From: Verrucomicrobiia bacterium
Lineage (GTDB): Bacteria; Verrucomicrobiota; Verrucomicrobiia; Limisphaerales; UBA11358
Assembly: GCA_035577265.1 (NCBI GenBank)
Contig: DATLVR010000119.1
Span: 4,353-68,352, forward strand
Length of the DNA stretch: 64,000 nt
Reading direction: 5' to 3'
This document shows, piece after piece, positions 1-9,676 of this stretch. The position numbers and the translations under genes were made by a program. Below the pieces are notes generated by a model. The model did no database searches, was not told where the DNA came from, and saw nothing but the letters and a program-made list of their open reading frames with translations. Position 1 is the stretch's first letter, and each line of letters begins with the position of its first letter.

Positions 1-1
1 G

Positions 2-409
2 GAAATGATCAAGTCCGGCGGCAATCGCGTCAGCGCCAAGGAAGTGGAGGACGTGATCGCCGAAATTCCTGAAGTCGTCGAAGCGGCGGTCGTGGGCACA
101 CCGCACGGGTTGCTGGGCGAATCCATCAAGGCATTTGTGGCGTCAACTTCCGGCTCGGCCATCACGCCGCAAACTGTGCTGACGCATTGCCGTCGGCGAC
201 TGCCCGCTTACAAAACGCCCGAAGAAATCATATTCCTGGACCGCCTGCCGCACAACGGTTCGGGCAAGGTGCTCAAGGCCAAACTCAAAGCGCTGCTGGA
301 GGAGGGTAAATCCGGTGACCGGCCGTTGCGCGGGAGCGAACCATATTCCGGCCAGCCAGCCGGGAACCAGCGGCCGATTCAGACCAGCGCACCGGAACTT
401 GCGGTCTGA
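2..409 (+). CDS. AMP-dependent synthetase/ligase (adenylate-forming enzyme), C-terminal part; 5' end lies outside the window
   Basis: The reading frame is open to the window edge. The C-terminal subdomain pattern is IKSGGNRVSAKEVEDV...GESIKAFV...LPAYKTPEEIIFLDRLPHNGSGKVLK, typical of acyl-CoA/acyl-AMP ligases. Confidence 0.8.
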   Translation, partial: EMIKSGGNRVSAKEVEDVIAEIPEVVEAAVVGTPHGLLGESIKAFVASTSGSAITPQTVLTHCRRRLPAYKTPEEIIFLDRLPHNGSGKVLKAKLKALLEEGKSGDRPLRGSEPYSGQPAGNQRPIQTSAPELAV

Positions 410-529
410 AATTTTCGCGGAGCGTGATCAGACATTCACCAACCGTCCGGTTGCAGGGTCGTCACCCTTTCCTCATTCTGCCAAGTGCAGCCAGCTAATT
501 TTGACCGAAACCTAAATCCCAAACTGCTT

Positions 530-1645
530 ATGAAAATACTCCTCACAGGTTCCGCGGGCTTCATCGGCTTCCACGTCACCAAACGCCTTTTGGCTCAAGG
601 CCACGAAGTCTTTGGCGTGGATAACATCAATGATTACTACGACCCAAACCTGAAGCGGGACCGGCTGGCGCAAATCCTGGACCAGCCGCGATTCCATTTC
701 CGGAAGCTGGAACTTGCGGACCGGTTTCGGACGGCGGAACTGTTTGCGCAAGTCCGACCCGAACGCGTCATCCATCTCGCCGCGCAGGCGGGCGTGCGGT
801 ATTCCCTGACGAATCCGCACGCCTACGTTGACAGCAATCTGGTGGCGTTCACAAACATCCTCGAAGGCTGCCGTCACAATGACGTGAAGCATCTGACCTA
901 CGCCTCGTCCAGTTCGGTCTATGGCGGGAACACGCAGATGCCGTTCTCGGTGCATCAGAATGTGGATCATCCCTTGAGCCTTTATGCCGCCACGAAAAAA
1001 GCGAACGAGCTGATGGCGCACACTTACAGTCATCTCTACGGGCTGCCCACCACGGGCCTGCGCTTTTTCAGCGTGTATGGCCCGTGGGGCCGGCCGGACA
1101 TGGCGTTGTTTATCTTTACCAGGGCGATTCTCGCCGGCCAGCCGATTGAGGTGTTCAACGAAGGCAAGATGCTGAGGGATTTCACCTATGTTGATGACAT
1201 CGCCGAAGGCGTCATCCGCGCGTCCAACCGTGTCGCGGCGCCGAACCCGGCGTGGAGTGGAGACGCTCCGGATCCGGGCACGAGCAAGGCGCCTTACCAG
1301 CTTTACAACATCGGCAACTCTGATCCGGTCGAGCTGCTCTACTTGATTGAAGTCCTGGAAAACTGCCTCGGCCGGAAGACGGAGAAAAAGTTTTTGCCGA
1401 TGCAGCCCGGCGATGTGCCCGCGACGTTTGCGGATGCCAGCGATCTCACGCGCGATGCCGGCTTCAAACCGTCCACCCCCATTGAAGAAGGAGTCCGCCG
1501 GTTCACCGACTGGTATGTGGATTATTACCAGACCCGGGGCACCGGGGAAATTTTGCTTCACCCAGCCAACCGTTCACCCGAACCCGATCATGACAACCTA
1601 CAATTCCAATCCAAAAGTTTCGATCGTGCTGCCCTGCCGAAATGA
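530..1645 (+). CDS. NAD-dependent nucleotide-sugar epimerase (UDP-glucuronate 4-epimerase-like extended SDR)
   Basis: ATG at 530 gives [15 protein letters not shown] (Rossmann GxxGxxG). Also present are the YAATKKANE (YxxxK) motif and the [14 protein letters not shown] motif. A roughly 38-aa C-terminal tail past WYVDYYQ overlaps the next gene by 56 nt. Confidence 0.85.
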   Translation: MKILLTGSAGFIGFHVTKRLLAQGHEVFGVDNINDYYDPNLKRDRLAQILDQPRFHFRKLELADRFRTAELFAQVRPERVIHLAAQAGVRYSLTNPHAYVDSNLVAFTNILEGCRHNDVKHLTYASSSSVYGGNTQMPFSVHQNVDHPLSLYAATKKANELMAHTYSHLYGLPTTGLRFFSVYGPWGRPDMALFIFTRAILAGQPIEVFNEGKMLRDFTYVDDIAEGVIRASNRVAAPNPAWSGDAPDPGTSKAPYQLYNIGNSDPVELLYLIEVLENCLGRKTEKKFLPMQPGDVPATFADASDLTRDAGFKPSTPIEEGVRRFTDWYVDYYQTRGTGEILLHPANRSPEPDHDNLQFQSKSFDRAALPK

Positions 1646-2657
1646 GCAGGGTTACATCCAGGAATGCCTGGAGTCCATTCTCCAGCAGTTGCCGCCGGCG
1701 GGCGGACTCGAAATCCTGGTCGCGGATGGGATGTCCACCGACGGCACGCGCGAATATTTGCAGCAAGCGGCCACGGCGCATCCGCAAATCCGCGTCCTCG
1801 ACAATCCCGGACGCATCGTGTCCACCGGCCTGAACACCGCCATCCGGGCCGCGCGCGGCGACATCATTGTGCGCATGGACGCGCACACGATTTATGCGCC
1901 CGACTATGTGCGGCAATGTCTGGCGGTGCGCGACCAAACCGGCGCCGACAACGTCGGCGGGCCCATGCAGACCACTGCCACGAAATACATGGAACGGGCG
2001 ATCCGCGCCGTGTTTCATTCCGCCTTCGCGGTGGGCGGCGCGCGCTCGCATCTGGCCGGCTATGAAGGTTCCGTGGACACGGTGATCTACGGTTGCTGGG
2101 AGAAGAAGCTGTTTGAGCGCATCGGCTATTTCGACGAGGAATTGGTCCGCAACCAGGACGACGAACACAATTTGCGCCTGACGCGCGCCGGCGGAAAAGT
2201 TTTCCAGTCCACGCGCATTCGCAGTTGGTATCATGTGCGCGGATCGCTGAAGGCGCTGTTCCGCCAGTATATGCAATACGGCTACTGGAAAGTGCTGGTC
2301 ATCCGCAAGCACCGGATGCCCGCTTCCTGGCGGCATCTGGTGCCGGGGGCGTTCGTTGGCAGCCTGTGCGTGTCGGCGGCGGCAAGCTTATTCTGGCTTC
2401 CAGCGCTGTGGATGGCGCTTGGACTGGCGGCGCTCTATGCGGCCGCAACGCTCGTCGCTGCCGTGGTCATCGCCGCGCGCACCCAATGGAGTTTGCTTCC
2501 CGTTTTGCCGGTCGTCATGGCGTGCTTCCACTGCGGCTACGGCTACGGATTCCTGCGGGGCATTCTGGACTTCGTGATCCTGAAAAAAGCGCCGGAGACG
2601 AAGTTTGTCCAATTGACGCGGGAACGCGTGCCGAAGCCGGGCCCCGTCCGCTCCTGA
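1590..2657 (+). CDS. Family 2 glycosyltransferase with C-terminal transmembrane region
   Basis: An internal ATG at 1590 gives [33 protein letters not shown]. Also seen are [13 protein letters not shown] and a hydrophobic C-terminal about 100 aa. Confidence 0.85.
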   Translation: MTTYNSNPKVSIVLPCRNEQGYIQECLESILQQLPPAGGLEILVADGMSTDGTREYLQQAATAHPQIRVLDNPGRIVSTGLNTAIRAARGDIIVRMDAHTIYAPDYVRQCLAVRDQTGADNVGGPMQTTATKYMERAIRAVFHSAFAVGGARSHLAGYEGSVDTVIYGCWEKKLFERIGYFDEELVRNQDDEHNLRLTRAGGKVFQSTRIRSWYHVRGSLKALFRQYMQYGYWKVLVIRKHRMPASWRHLVPGAFVGSLCVSAAASLFWLPALWMALGLAALYAAATLVAAVVIAARTQWSLLPVLPVVMACFHCGYGYGFLRGILDFVILKKAPETKFVQLTRERVPKPGPVRS

Positions 2658-2744
2658 CCCCAACCATTCCGTCAAGCCCACGGATGAAAATCATTGGATG
2701 CATGGGCCGCCCCTCCATCCCTCAGGCCAAAACCCATTGGTGAT

Positions 2745-3446
2745 ATGGAAACCCGTTCTGAAGTTGACCGGCTGCAGGCCGTCTATCACGAATACGCGGT
2801 GCGCGGATTCGGACAATCGAAATGGTCGCCGGCCAACAGGGGCAACCAAGCCGTCCACGACGAGTGCCAAAGCAAGCTCCGGGCGCTGCTCCGGCAGGCC
2901 GGCTTTTTTCCGCTGCACAACCGGCGCATCCTCGACGTGGGCTGCGGCACCGGCGAAAGGCTGGCGGCGTTGGAAGGCTTTGGCGCGCGGCCGGAAAATC
3001 TGGCCGGCGTGGATTTGATTCCCGCCCGCATCGCGGCGGCGCGGAAACGACATCCCGCAATCGCCTTTGAACTGGCGAACGCGGAAGTGCTGCCGTTCGC
3101 GGATGGCACCTTTGATCTGGTGACGGTGTTCACGGTGTTCACTTCGATTCGGGACCCGCGCATGGCGGCCAATGTCAGCCGCGAAATCACGCGCGTCCTG
3201 GCGTCCGGCGGCGGCGTCATCTGGTATGATTTTCGGATGCACAGCCCGATGAACCGGCATGTTCGCGGCATCTCGCGCCGGCAGATTCAACAATTGCTTC
3301 CAGGTTTCACGCTGAATTTGGAGACCGTCACGTTGCTGCCGCCGCTGGCCCGGCGGTTGGGCCGGTTGACGAACCTGCTCTATGCGCCGTTGAGTTCCGT
3401 CCCGTTTCTGCGCAGCCATTATTTGGGAATTCTGACGAAGCCGTGA
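2745..3446 (+). CDS. Class I SAM-dependent methyltransferase
   Basis: SAM motif I reads ILDVGCGTGERL. FADGTFDLVTVF and GGGVIWYDF follow it. The start was chosen at METRSEV (2745); 2694 is an alternative. Confidence 0.8.
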   Translation: METRSEVDRLQAVYHEYAVRGFGQSKWSPANRGNQAVHDECQSKLRALLRQAGFFPLHNRRILDVGCGTGERLAALEGFGARPENLAGVDLIPARIAAARKRHPAIAFELANAEVLPFADGTFDLVTVFTVFTSIRDPRMAANVSREITRVLASGGGVIWYDFRMHSPMNRHVRGISRRQIQQLLPGFTLNLETVTLLPPLARRLGRLTNLLYAPLSSVPFLRSHYLGILTKP

Positions 3447-3481
3447 CCCGGCGGCAGATTATTTTTCAACCGGAAATATTT

Positions 3482-4711
3482 ATGCGTTCCATTCCTTTTT
3501 TCAGGCCCAGCATCGGCCAGGCCGAAATTGACGAAGTCGTGGACTGTCTGCAATCGGGTTGGCTGACCACAGGTCCGAAGACCAAACAGTTCGAGCAGGA
3601 GTTTGCCGGCTATCTTCAGCGTCGCCACGCCGTGGCGGTCAATTCCTGCACCGCCGCGCTCCATCTGGCGCTGGAAGCCATCGGCTTGAAAGCCGGCCAG
3701 CGGGTGGTGGTGCCGACCATGACCTTCGCCGCCACGGCTGAAGTGGTGCGTTATTTCAACGCCACGCCCCTGTTCGCCGACTGCCGGGCCGAGGATCTCA
3801 ACCTCGACGTCACGGACGCCGCGCGCAGGATTGAAACCGTGCTGGCGCAAGGAGAGGAAGTGGTGGCCATCATTCCGGTGCATTACGGCGGACAGATCGG
3901 CGATGTTGCCGGCGTCCAGGAGTTGGCCCGCAAATATGAGCTCCGCGTGATTGAGGATGCCGCGCATTGTTGTCCGGCCTACTATCGTGACGATGACACT
4001 TTGCCGTGGAAACCGGTGGGAACCGATGCGGAGATCAGTTGCTTCTCGTTCTACGCCAACAAAGCCATCACCACCGGCGAAGGCGGCATGGCCTGCACCA
4101 ATTCTGCCGAACACGCGGAGCGGATGCGGATGATGTCGTTGCACGGCATTTCACACGATGCGTGGAAACGCTACAGCGCGGCCGGCACCTGGTATTACGA
4201 GATCATCGCGCCCGGCTACAAATACAACCTCACCGACATCGCGGCGGCCATCGGGCTGCATCAGCTTCGCAAGGCCGATCAATTGCATGCGCGGCGCACC
4301 CAATGGGCCGGGCTCTATTTGGAGTTGCTCGGCGACGTGGATGAAATCGTGCTGCCCGCCGTCATGCCGCACCGGATTCATTCCTGGCACCTTTTCCCCG
4401 TGCGCTTGAAACTGGACCGCTGCGACCTGAATCGTGCGGCCGTGATTGACGAACTGAAGAAAATCGGCGTCGGCACCAGCGTGCATTGGATGCCGCTGCA
4501 CATGCACCTCTATTATCGTCATCAACTCGGCTGCGAACCGAAGGACTATCCCTGCGCGGCGGCGATTTATCCTGAATTGATCACGCTGCCGCTTTTTCCC
4601 GACCTGACGAAAGAAGACGTGGAATATGTCTGCGACCATTTGAAGGAAATCCTGGCGCGCTCCAAACCGGTGTTTTCCGGCGCGGATCTGCCGGCGGGCC
4701 GCGCCAGCTGA
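3482..4711 (+). CDS. DegT/DnrJ/EryC1/StrS-family PLP-dependent sugar aminotransferase (PglE-like)
   Basis: The N-terminus reads MRSIPFFRPSIGQAEIDEVVDCLQSGWLTTGPK. VIEDAAHC is present, and FSFYANKAITTGEGG contains the PLP-lysine context. Confidence 0.9.
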   Translation: MRSIPFFRPSIGQAEIDEVVDCLQSGWLTTGPKTKQFEQEFAGYLQRRHAVAVNSCTAALHLALEAIGLKAGQRVVVPTMTFAATAEVVRYFNATPLFADCRAEDLNLDVTDAARRIETVLAQGEEVVAIIPVHYGGQIGDVAGVQELARKYELRVIEDAAHCCPAYYRDDDTLPWKPVGTDAEISCFSFYANKAITTGEGGMACTNSAEHAERMRMMSLHGISHDAWKRYSAAGTWYYEIIAPGYKYNLTDIAAAIGLHQLRKADQLHARRTQWAGLYLELLGDVDEIVLPAVMPHRIHSWHLFPVRLKLDRCDLNRAAVIDELKKIGVGTSVHWMPLHMHLYYRHQLGCEPKDYPCAAAIYPELITLPLFPDLTKEDVEYVCDHLKEILARSKPVFSGADLPAGRAS

Positions 4712-4809
4712 CCGGAAGACATTCTGCGGCGCCATGTGCGCGAGGCCAGGCACGCCCGTCCGCAGGTAGGTGTTTACCGGCGAACTTTGCGGTTTTTATC
4801 CCCTTATCC

Positions 4810-6384
4810 GTGACGCGAATCAAGGCTAGATTGATGGCAACGGCCCAGTGGAGAAGATGGCGCGAACGTCGCGCTGACCAAGGTGAAATGCTGATGAACA
4901 CACAGTTTCAAAGCAAAAAATTGGACGGCGAGGTGCGGACCGTTTCGCTCGATGGCGGAGCTATTTCGCGATTGAACGGGGCGGATTTCAATTCCAATTC
5001 CCCCGACGCGAGGCTTCCCTTCAGCCCCCCCGGCAAACACAGCCGCACCGGCCCCCTCACCGACTGGACCGGCAAGCGGCTGTATGATTTTTTCTTTGCC
5101 GGTTCCGGCCTCGTGCTGCTCGGTCCGCTGTTGGCGGTGATCGCCGCACTGGTGAAACTGTTTGACGGCGGCGACGTTTTTTTCCGGCAGGCGCGGGTGG
5201 GGCGCGGCGGGCGGGAGTTTTTGATCTACAAATTCCGCACGATGGTGACGGCGGCGGAAAAGGCCGGGCCCTCGGTCACGAAGAACGGCGACGCCCGCAT
5301 CACGCGGATGGGGCATTTCCTGCGCCGGAGCAAGCTGGACGAACTGCCGCAGCTTTGGAACGTGGTGAAAGGCGACATGAGCCTGGTCGGTCCGCGCCCG
5401 GAAGTGCCGCGTTATGTCCACCATTACACGCCGGAACAACGCGCGATTTTGCGGCTCAAACCCGGCATCACCGATCTGGCGTCGCTGTATTTCCGCGACG
5501 AGGAGGCGCTGCTCGCGAATGCCGGCAACGTGGAGGAATTTTACCTCCGGCATTGTGTCCCGCGCAAACTCCAGCTCAACCAGGAATACGCCCGGCGCGC
5601 CAATCTCTGGAGCGACACCTGGATCATTTTGCAAACCGTGTGTCCCTATTGGATCTGCGTGCTGGCCGGCTACGGCATGATTTTGGCGACTTCATACTGG
5701 TTGTCGCATGAACTGATTTACAATTTTGCGCCGCCGAATCATGCCGCGCCGCGCCTGGGGGCCGAGCTGGCGGTGACGCTGGCCTTGCAGCTGGCCTGCC
5801 TGACGCGGCACCGGCAGTGTCGCGGATTGTTGAGCTACTTCAGTTTTCCCGAAGCGCGAAAAGTCGGCGCCGCGCTCGGTCTCGCGGCCGTCGGCCTGTT
5901 GATTTGGTCGGTGGCCGGCGATGGATTGCCGCAGGCGAATGTGATTCTCATCAATGCCCTGCTGTCGTTTTGCCTGCTCGGCGGTTTCCGCGTCTTGCTG
6001 CGGCGGTGGCGCGAGCGCTCGGCGGCAGCGCCGGATGAGGCCGCGAATCCGCCGGCGCGCGTCGGCATCATCGGTGCCGGGCGCATGGGCGCGCAACTCG
6101 CGCTGGCTTTGGCCGACAACCGGAAATTCAGCCGGCGCGTGGTCGCCTTTTTTGACGACGACTTTCATAAATGGCAGAAGAACATCCACGACGTGCCGGT
6201 CGCCGGCATGCCGGAATGCCTGCTCGATGGCTGGGGGCAAAAGCTCGACGAGGTCGTCATCGCCATGCCCGACTCGGCGGCGGAACGCGTTCATGAAATC
6301 GAGCAATTGCTCCGCAATACCAATCTGAAATGTTACATCATTTCCAGCCCGGTCCATTTCTGGGAGCACAAACCAGCCACGTGA
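4810..6384 (+). CDS. Polyprenyl-phosphate sugar-1-phosphate transferase (PglC/WbaP-type Bac_transf domain) fused to a C-terminal TM + Rossmann-like module resembling the N-terminus of CapD/PglF
   Basis: The transferase domain reads [27 protein letters not shown]...[21 protein letters not shown]...[21 protein letters not shown]. It is followed by hydrophobic helices and [16 protein letters not shown]...VVAFFDDD...VVIAMP. The start is uncertain (4810 or MLMNT at 4888). Confidence 0.8.
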   Translation: MTRIKARLMATAQWRRWRERRADQGEMLMNTQFQSKKLDGEVRTVSLDGGAISRLNGADFNSNSPDARLPFSPPGKHSRTGPLTDWTGKRLYDFFFAGSGLVLLGPLLAVIAALVKLFDGGDVFFRQARVGRGGREFLIYKFRTMVTAAEKAGPSVTKNGDARITRMGHFLRRSKLDELPQLWNVVKGDMSLVGPRPEVPRYVHHYTPEQRAILRLKPGITDLASLYFRDEEALLANAGNVEEFYLRHCVPRKLQLNQEYARRANLWSDTWIILQTVCPYWICVLAGYGMILATSYWLSHELIYNFAPPNHAAPRLGAELAVTLALQLACLTRHRQCRGLLSYFSFPEARKVGAALGLAAVGLLIWSVAGDGLPQANVILINALLSFCLLGGFRVLLRRWRERSAAAPDEAANPPARVGIIGAGRMGAQLALALADNRKFSRRVVAFFDDDFHKWQKNIHDVPVAGMPECLLDGWGQKLDEVVIAMPDSAAERVHEIEQLLRNTNLKCYIISSPVHFWEHKPAT

Positions 6385-6442
6385 ACCATGAACCTTTTTT
6401 GCGCCGGCACCATGTCAACGCATTCGCAGAAAAACCATCGCC

Positions 6443-8449
6443 ATGAACACAACCCGCGTTAAGCTGCTTCTGGCCTATGTTTCCGGCCTGGCCGTCAGCC
6501 TGTGGCTGGGATATTTGGTCCGCTTCAACTTCGTCGTGCCCGCGGACGCGGAACAGACGTTTCTGTTTGTGTTCGCGTGGGTGACCGGCTTCAAAATATT
6601 TTGCCTCTGGCGCACCGGCCAGTTGGACGTGTTGCCGGGCTATTTCAGCCTGCTGGAATTTTCCCGGCTGTTTTGGATTCTGCTGGCGGCGAGCTTCGTG
6701 GTGTTCGGCGTCTCCACGCAGTTCGGTTCGGAATATGCGCCGCCGCGCGGCGTGGTGCTGGCCGATTTCAGTTTCTCGGTTCTGGCGTTGACCGCCATCC
6801 GCCTGGGCTTTCGCCATGCGGCGCACGCGCGCGCCGCGGCCCGCACACGCGGCCCGGCCCACCAGCGCGCCCGACGCGCCGGCATCATCGGTGCGGGAAT
6901 TGTCGGGACCGCGCTGGCGCAGGAATTCGCCGCGCGGCGCGATCTCGGTTTGCAGGCGGTTGCGTTCTTCGACGACGACCGTATAAAATGGGGCAAGCAG
7001 GTCCATGGCATTCCGGTGGCCGGCGCACCGGAAATATTGCTGGATGACCAGACGAATCTGGAACTGGAGGAAGTCGTCATCGCCATGCCGGGCGCCCCGG
7101 CCAAACGCGTGGCCGAAATTGTCCGGACGCTCGAACGGCTGCGCATCAAGTTCAGCACCGTGCCGTCCGTTTATGAACTCACCACCGGCCAGGCCAAGGT
7201 CAGCCATCTGCGTTCGGTGGATGTTCAAGAACTGCTGGGCCGCGAGCAGGTGCGGCTGGCCACCGGTGACATCCGGCAGCTGTTGCAGAATCGCGTGGTG
7301 ATGGTGACGGGTGCCGGCGGGAGCATCGGCAGCGAGCTGTGCCGGCAGATCGCCTCCTATGCGCCGCGCGCCTTGCTGCTGGTGGAGCAGTCGGAAGTGC
7401 AGTTGTTCCAAATCGAGCAGGAGCTGATCGAATCCGGTTTTGGTTCATTAATCGTTCCGCTGGCGGCGAATGTTCAGGACGAATCCCGGCTGGAACAGAT
7501 TTTCCAACGGCATCAGCCGGCGGCGGTGTTCCACGCCGCAGCCCACAAACATGTGCCGTTGATGGAATCGCAGCCGGGCGAGGCCGTCAAAAACAACGCG
7601 CTGGGAACCTTGCGGCTCGCCGAAATTTGCGGACGGCATGGGACGGATCGCTTCGTCCTCATTTCCACCGACAAGGCCATCAATCCGACCAGCGTCATGG
7701 GCGCGACCAAACGGCTGGCGGAAATGTGCGTCCAATCGCTCCACGGCCGGAACTCGACCTGCACCCGTTTCATGGCGGTGCGGTTTGGGAACGTGCTGGG
7801 CTCGTCAGGCAGCGTGGTCCCGATTTTCAACAAGCAGATCGCCGCCGGCGGCCCGGTGAAAGTCACGCATCCGGACATGCGGCGCTATTTCATGACCATC
7901 CCGGAAGCCGTCGGCTTGGTGTTGCAAACGGCGGCCTTGGGTTCGGGCGGCGAAATTTTCATGTTGGACATGGGCCAGCCGGTCAAGATTGTGGATCTCG
8001 CGCGGCAATTGATCGAGCTGTCCGGTTTTGTCCCCGACCAGGACATCCGGATCGAATTCACCGGGCTGCGGCCGGGCGAAAAATTATTTGAAGAGTTGAG
8101 CTACCGGGGCGAAAAAATCAGCGCCACCCGCCATCCCAAAATTCTGCGGCTGGAGTGCGAGCCGCCGCCGTATCAGCACGTCCGCGCCTGCCTGACCGAT
8201 CTGGCCCGGCAGGCCGATTGTCTGGGGCCGGACGAGATCAAAGGCGTTTTGAAGCGCGTGATTCCTGAATATCAGCCGGAATTGCAGCCGTCCACCAACG
8301 GCGCGAACGGCCCGACCCGCTTGGGCAACCTGCTTGCCAGTGCAAAGGGCCAGGACAAACGAAAGGGACAAAATGGACACCGCCATCCGTCTGTGGCGGA
8401 CATCCAGGACACCTTTTCCACCGTCCCAAGCGCCGGCGATTCCCAATAG
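6443..8449 (+). CDS. Polysaccharide biosynthesis protein CapD/PglF family (membrane-anchored UDP-HexNAc 4,6-dehydratase-like)
   Basis: There are N-terminal TM helices, then AGIIGAGIVGTALA...AVAFFDDD. The SDR core reads VMVTGAGGSIGSEL, STDKAINPTSVMGATKRLAE and RFGNVLGSSGSV. Confidence 0.9.
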   Translation: MNTTRVKLLLAYVSGLAVSLWLGYLVRFNFVVPADAEQTFLFVFAWVTGFKIFCLWRTGQLDVLPGYFSLLEFSRLFWILLAASFVVFGVSTQFGSEYAPPRGVVLADFSFSVLALTAIRLGFRHAAHARAAARTRGPAHQRARRAGIIGAGIVGTALAQEFAARRDLGLQAVAFFDDDRIKWGKQVHGIPVAGAPEILLDDQTNLELEEVVIAMPGAPAKRVAEIVRTLERLRIKFSTVPSVYELTTGQAKVSHLRSVDVQELLGREQVRLATGDIRQLLQNRVVMVTGAGGSIGSELCRQIASYAPRALLLVEQSEVQLFQIEQELIESGFGSLIVPLAANVQDESRLEQIFQRHQPAAVFHAAAHKHVPLMESQPGEAVKNNALGTLRLAEICGRHGTDRFVLISTDKAINPTSVMGATKRLAEMCVQSLHGRNSTCTRFMAVRFGNVLGSSGSVVPIFNKQIAAGGPVKVTHPDMRRYFMTIPEAVGLVLQTAALGSGGEIFMLDMGQPVKIVDLARQLIELSGFVPDQDIRIEFTGLRPGEKLFEELSYRGEKISATRHPKILRLECEPPPYQHVRACLTDLARQADCLGPDEIKGVLKRVIPEYQPELQPSTNGANGPTRLGNLLASAKGQDKRKGQNGHRHPSVADIQDTFSTVPSAGDSQ

Positions 8450-8469
8450 AATCATTACATTCGCGCATC

Positions 8470-9603
8470 ATGAAAATTCTGGCCATCACCAACCTGTATC
8501 CGTCGGCGGAGTTTCCCAGCCACGGCGTCTTTGTGCAGGAGCAAATCAAAGGTCTGTGCGCCATCGGCCTGGAGCTGCGCGTCCTGTTTGTGGACCGGCG
8601 ACGCAACGGGCCGATGGCCTATTATCGGTTGCACCACGAAGTTCGCGAGGCGCTGGCCGGGTTTGAACCCGATGTCATTCACGTGATGTATGGCGGAGTC
8701 ATGGCCGACCAAATTGTGCGGCATCACCATGTCTGTCCCGTCGTCGTGACCTTTCGCGGCTCGGATTTGCTGGGCGAAAACCTTTCGGGTCGGACGCGTC
8801 AAATCATTTCCCGCTACGGCGTTCATTGCTCCCGGCGGGCGGCCAGAAACGCGGACGGGGTGGTGGTGGTGGCGCGCCATCTGTTCGACGCCTTGAACGG
8901 AGCGGCGGCCGTGGACAAGGTGCGGGTGATTCCTTCCGGCGTGGATTTGACCCGGTTCAAGCCGATGGATTCGCGGCTGTGCAAGCAGAAGCTGGGCTGG
9001 AACCCGCAATCGTTCCATGTGCTGTTCGCCTCCAGCAGCGGCGATCCCGTGAAACGGCCCTGGCTGGCGAAGGCGGCGGTGGAGCAAGTCCGTCGCCTGG
9101 ACTGCCCGGCGGAATTCCATTTTATCACCGGCATTCCGACCACGGAAATGCCGCTCTGGCTCAATGCGGGCGATGCCGTGCTGCTGACTTCGTTGCACGA
9201 GGGTTCGCCCAACATTGTGAAGGAATCCCTGGCGTGCGGCGTGCCGGTGGTTTCCGTGGAGGTGGGCGATGTCGCCGAGCAAATCGCGGGCTTGGAAGGC
9301 TGCCATCTGGCGCGGCCGGAGCCGGCAGCGTTGGCCGTCAAGTTGCGCCAGGTCTGGCAACGCGGCACGCGCCTCGACTGCCCGGCCAGGTGCGAAGAAT
9401 TTTCAGTTTTGAACGTGGCGCTAAAGTCGAAACAGTTTTATGAGGAAATAGTCCGCGAGAGCAAAACCTCCCGGGGGTTCGCCACCGGCAGGGGGCTTTC
9501 CATTCCGACGGTTCTCCCCGTGCCAGTGACCCACGGCAAACAGATTGTCGGACGAATCGCCGTGCCGGATCAAAGTCACCTGACGCCTTCGGCAAAGGAG
9601 TGA
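8470..9603 (+). CDS. Family 4 (GT-B, group 1) glycosyltransferase
   Basis: The N-terminus reads MKILAITNLYPSAEFPSHGVFV. The C-terminal donor-binding block reads LLTSLHEGSPNIVKESLACGVPVVS. Confidence 0.85.
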   Translation: MKILAITNLYPSAEFPSHGVFVQEQIKGLCAIGLELRVLFVDRRRNGPMAYYRLHHEVREALAGFEPDVIHVMYGGVMADQIVRHHHVCPVVVTFRGSDLLGENLSGRTRQIISRYGVHCSRRAARNADGVVVVARHLFDALNGAAAVDKVRVIPSGVDLTRFKPMDSRLCKQKLGWNPQSFHVLFASSSGDPVKRPWLAKAAVEQVRRLDCPAEFHFITGIPTTEMPLWLNAGDAVLLTSLHEGSPNIVKESLACGVPVVSVEVGDVAEQIAGLEGCHLARPEPAALAVKLRQVWQRGTRLDCPARCEEFSVLNVALKSKQFYEEIVRESKTSRGFATGRGLSIPTVLPVPVTHGKQIVGRIAVPDQSHLTPSAKE

Positions 9604-9676
9604 TGCCGCCACGCGAACCCGCTGTGCGCGGCAACCGTCAAACACCAACCCACAAAAATTAAATCTGGAGGTTAAA

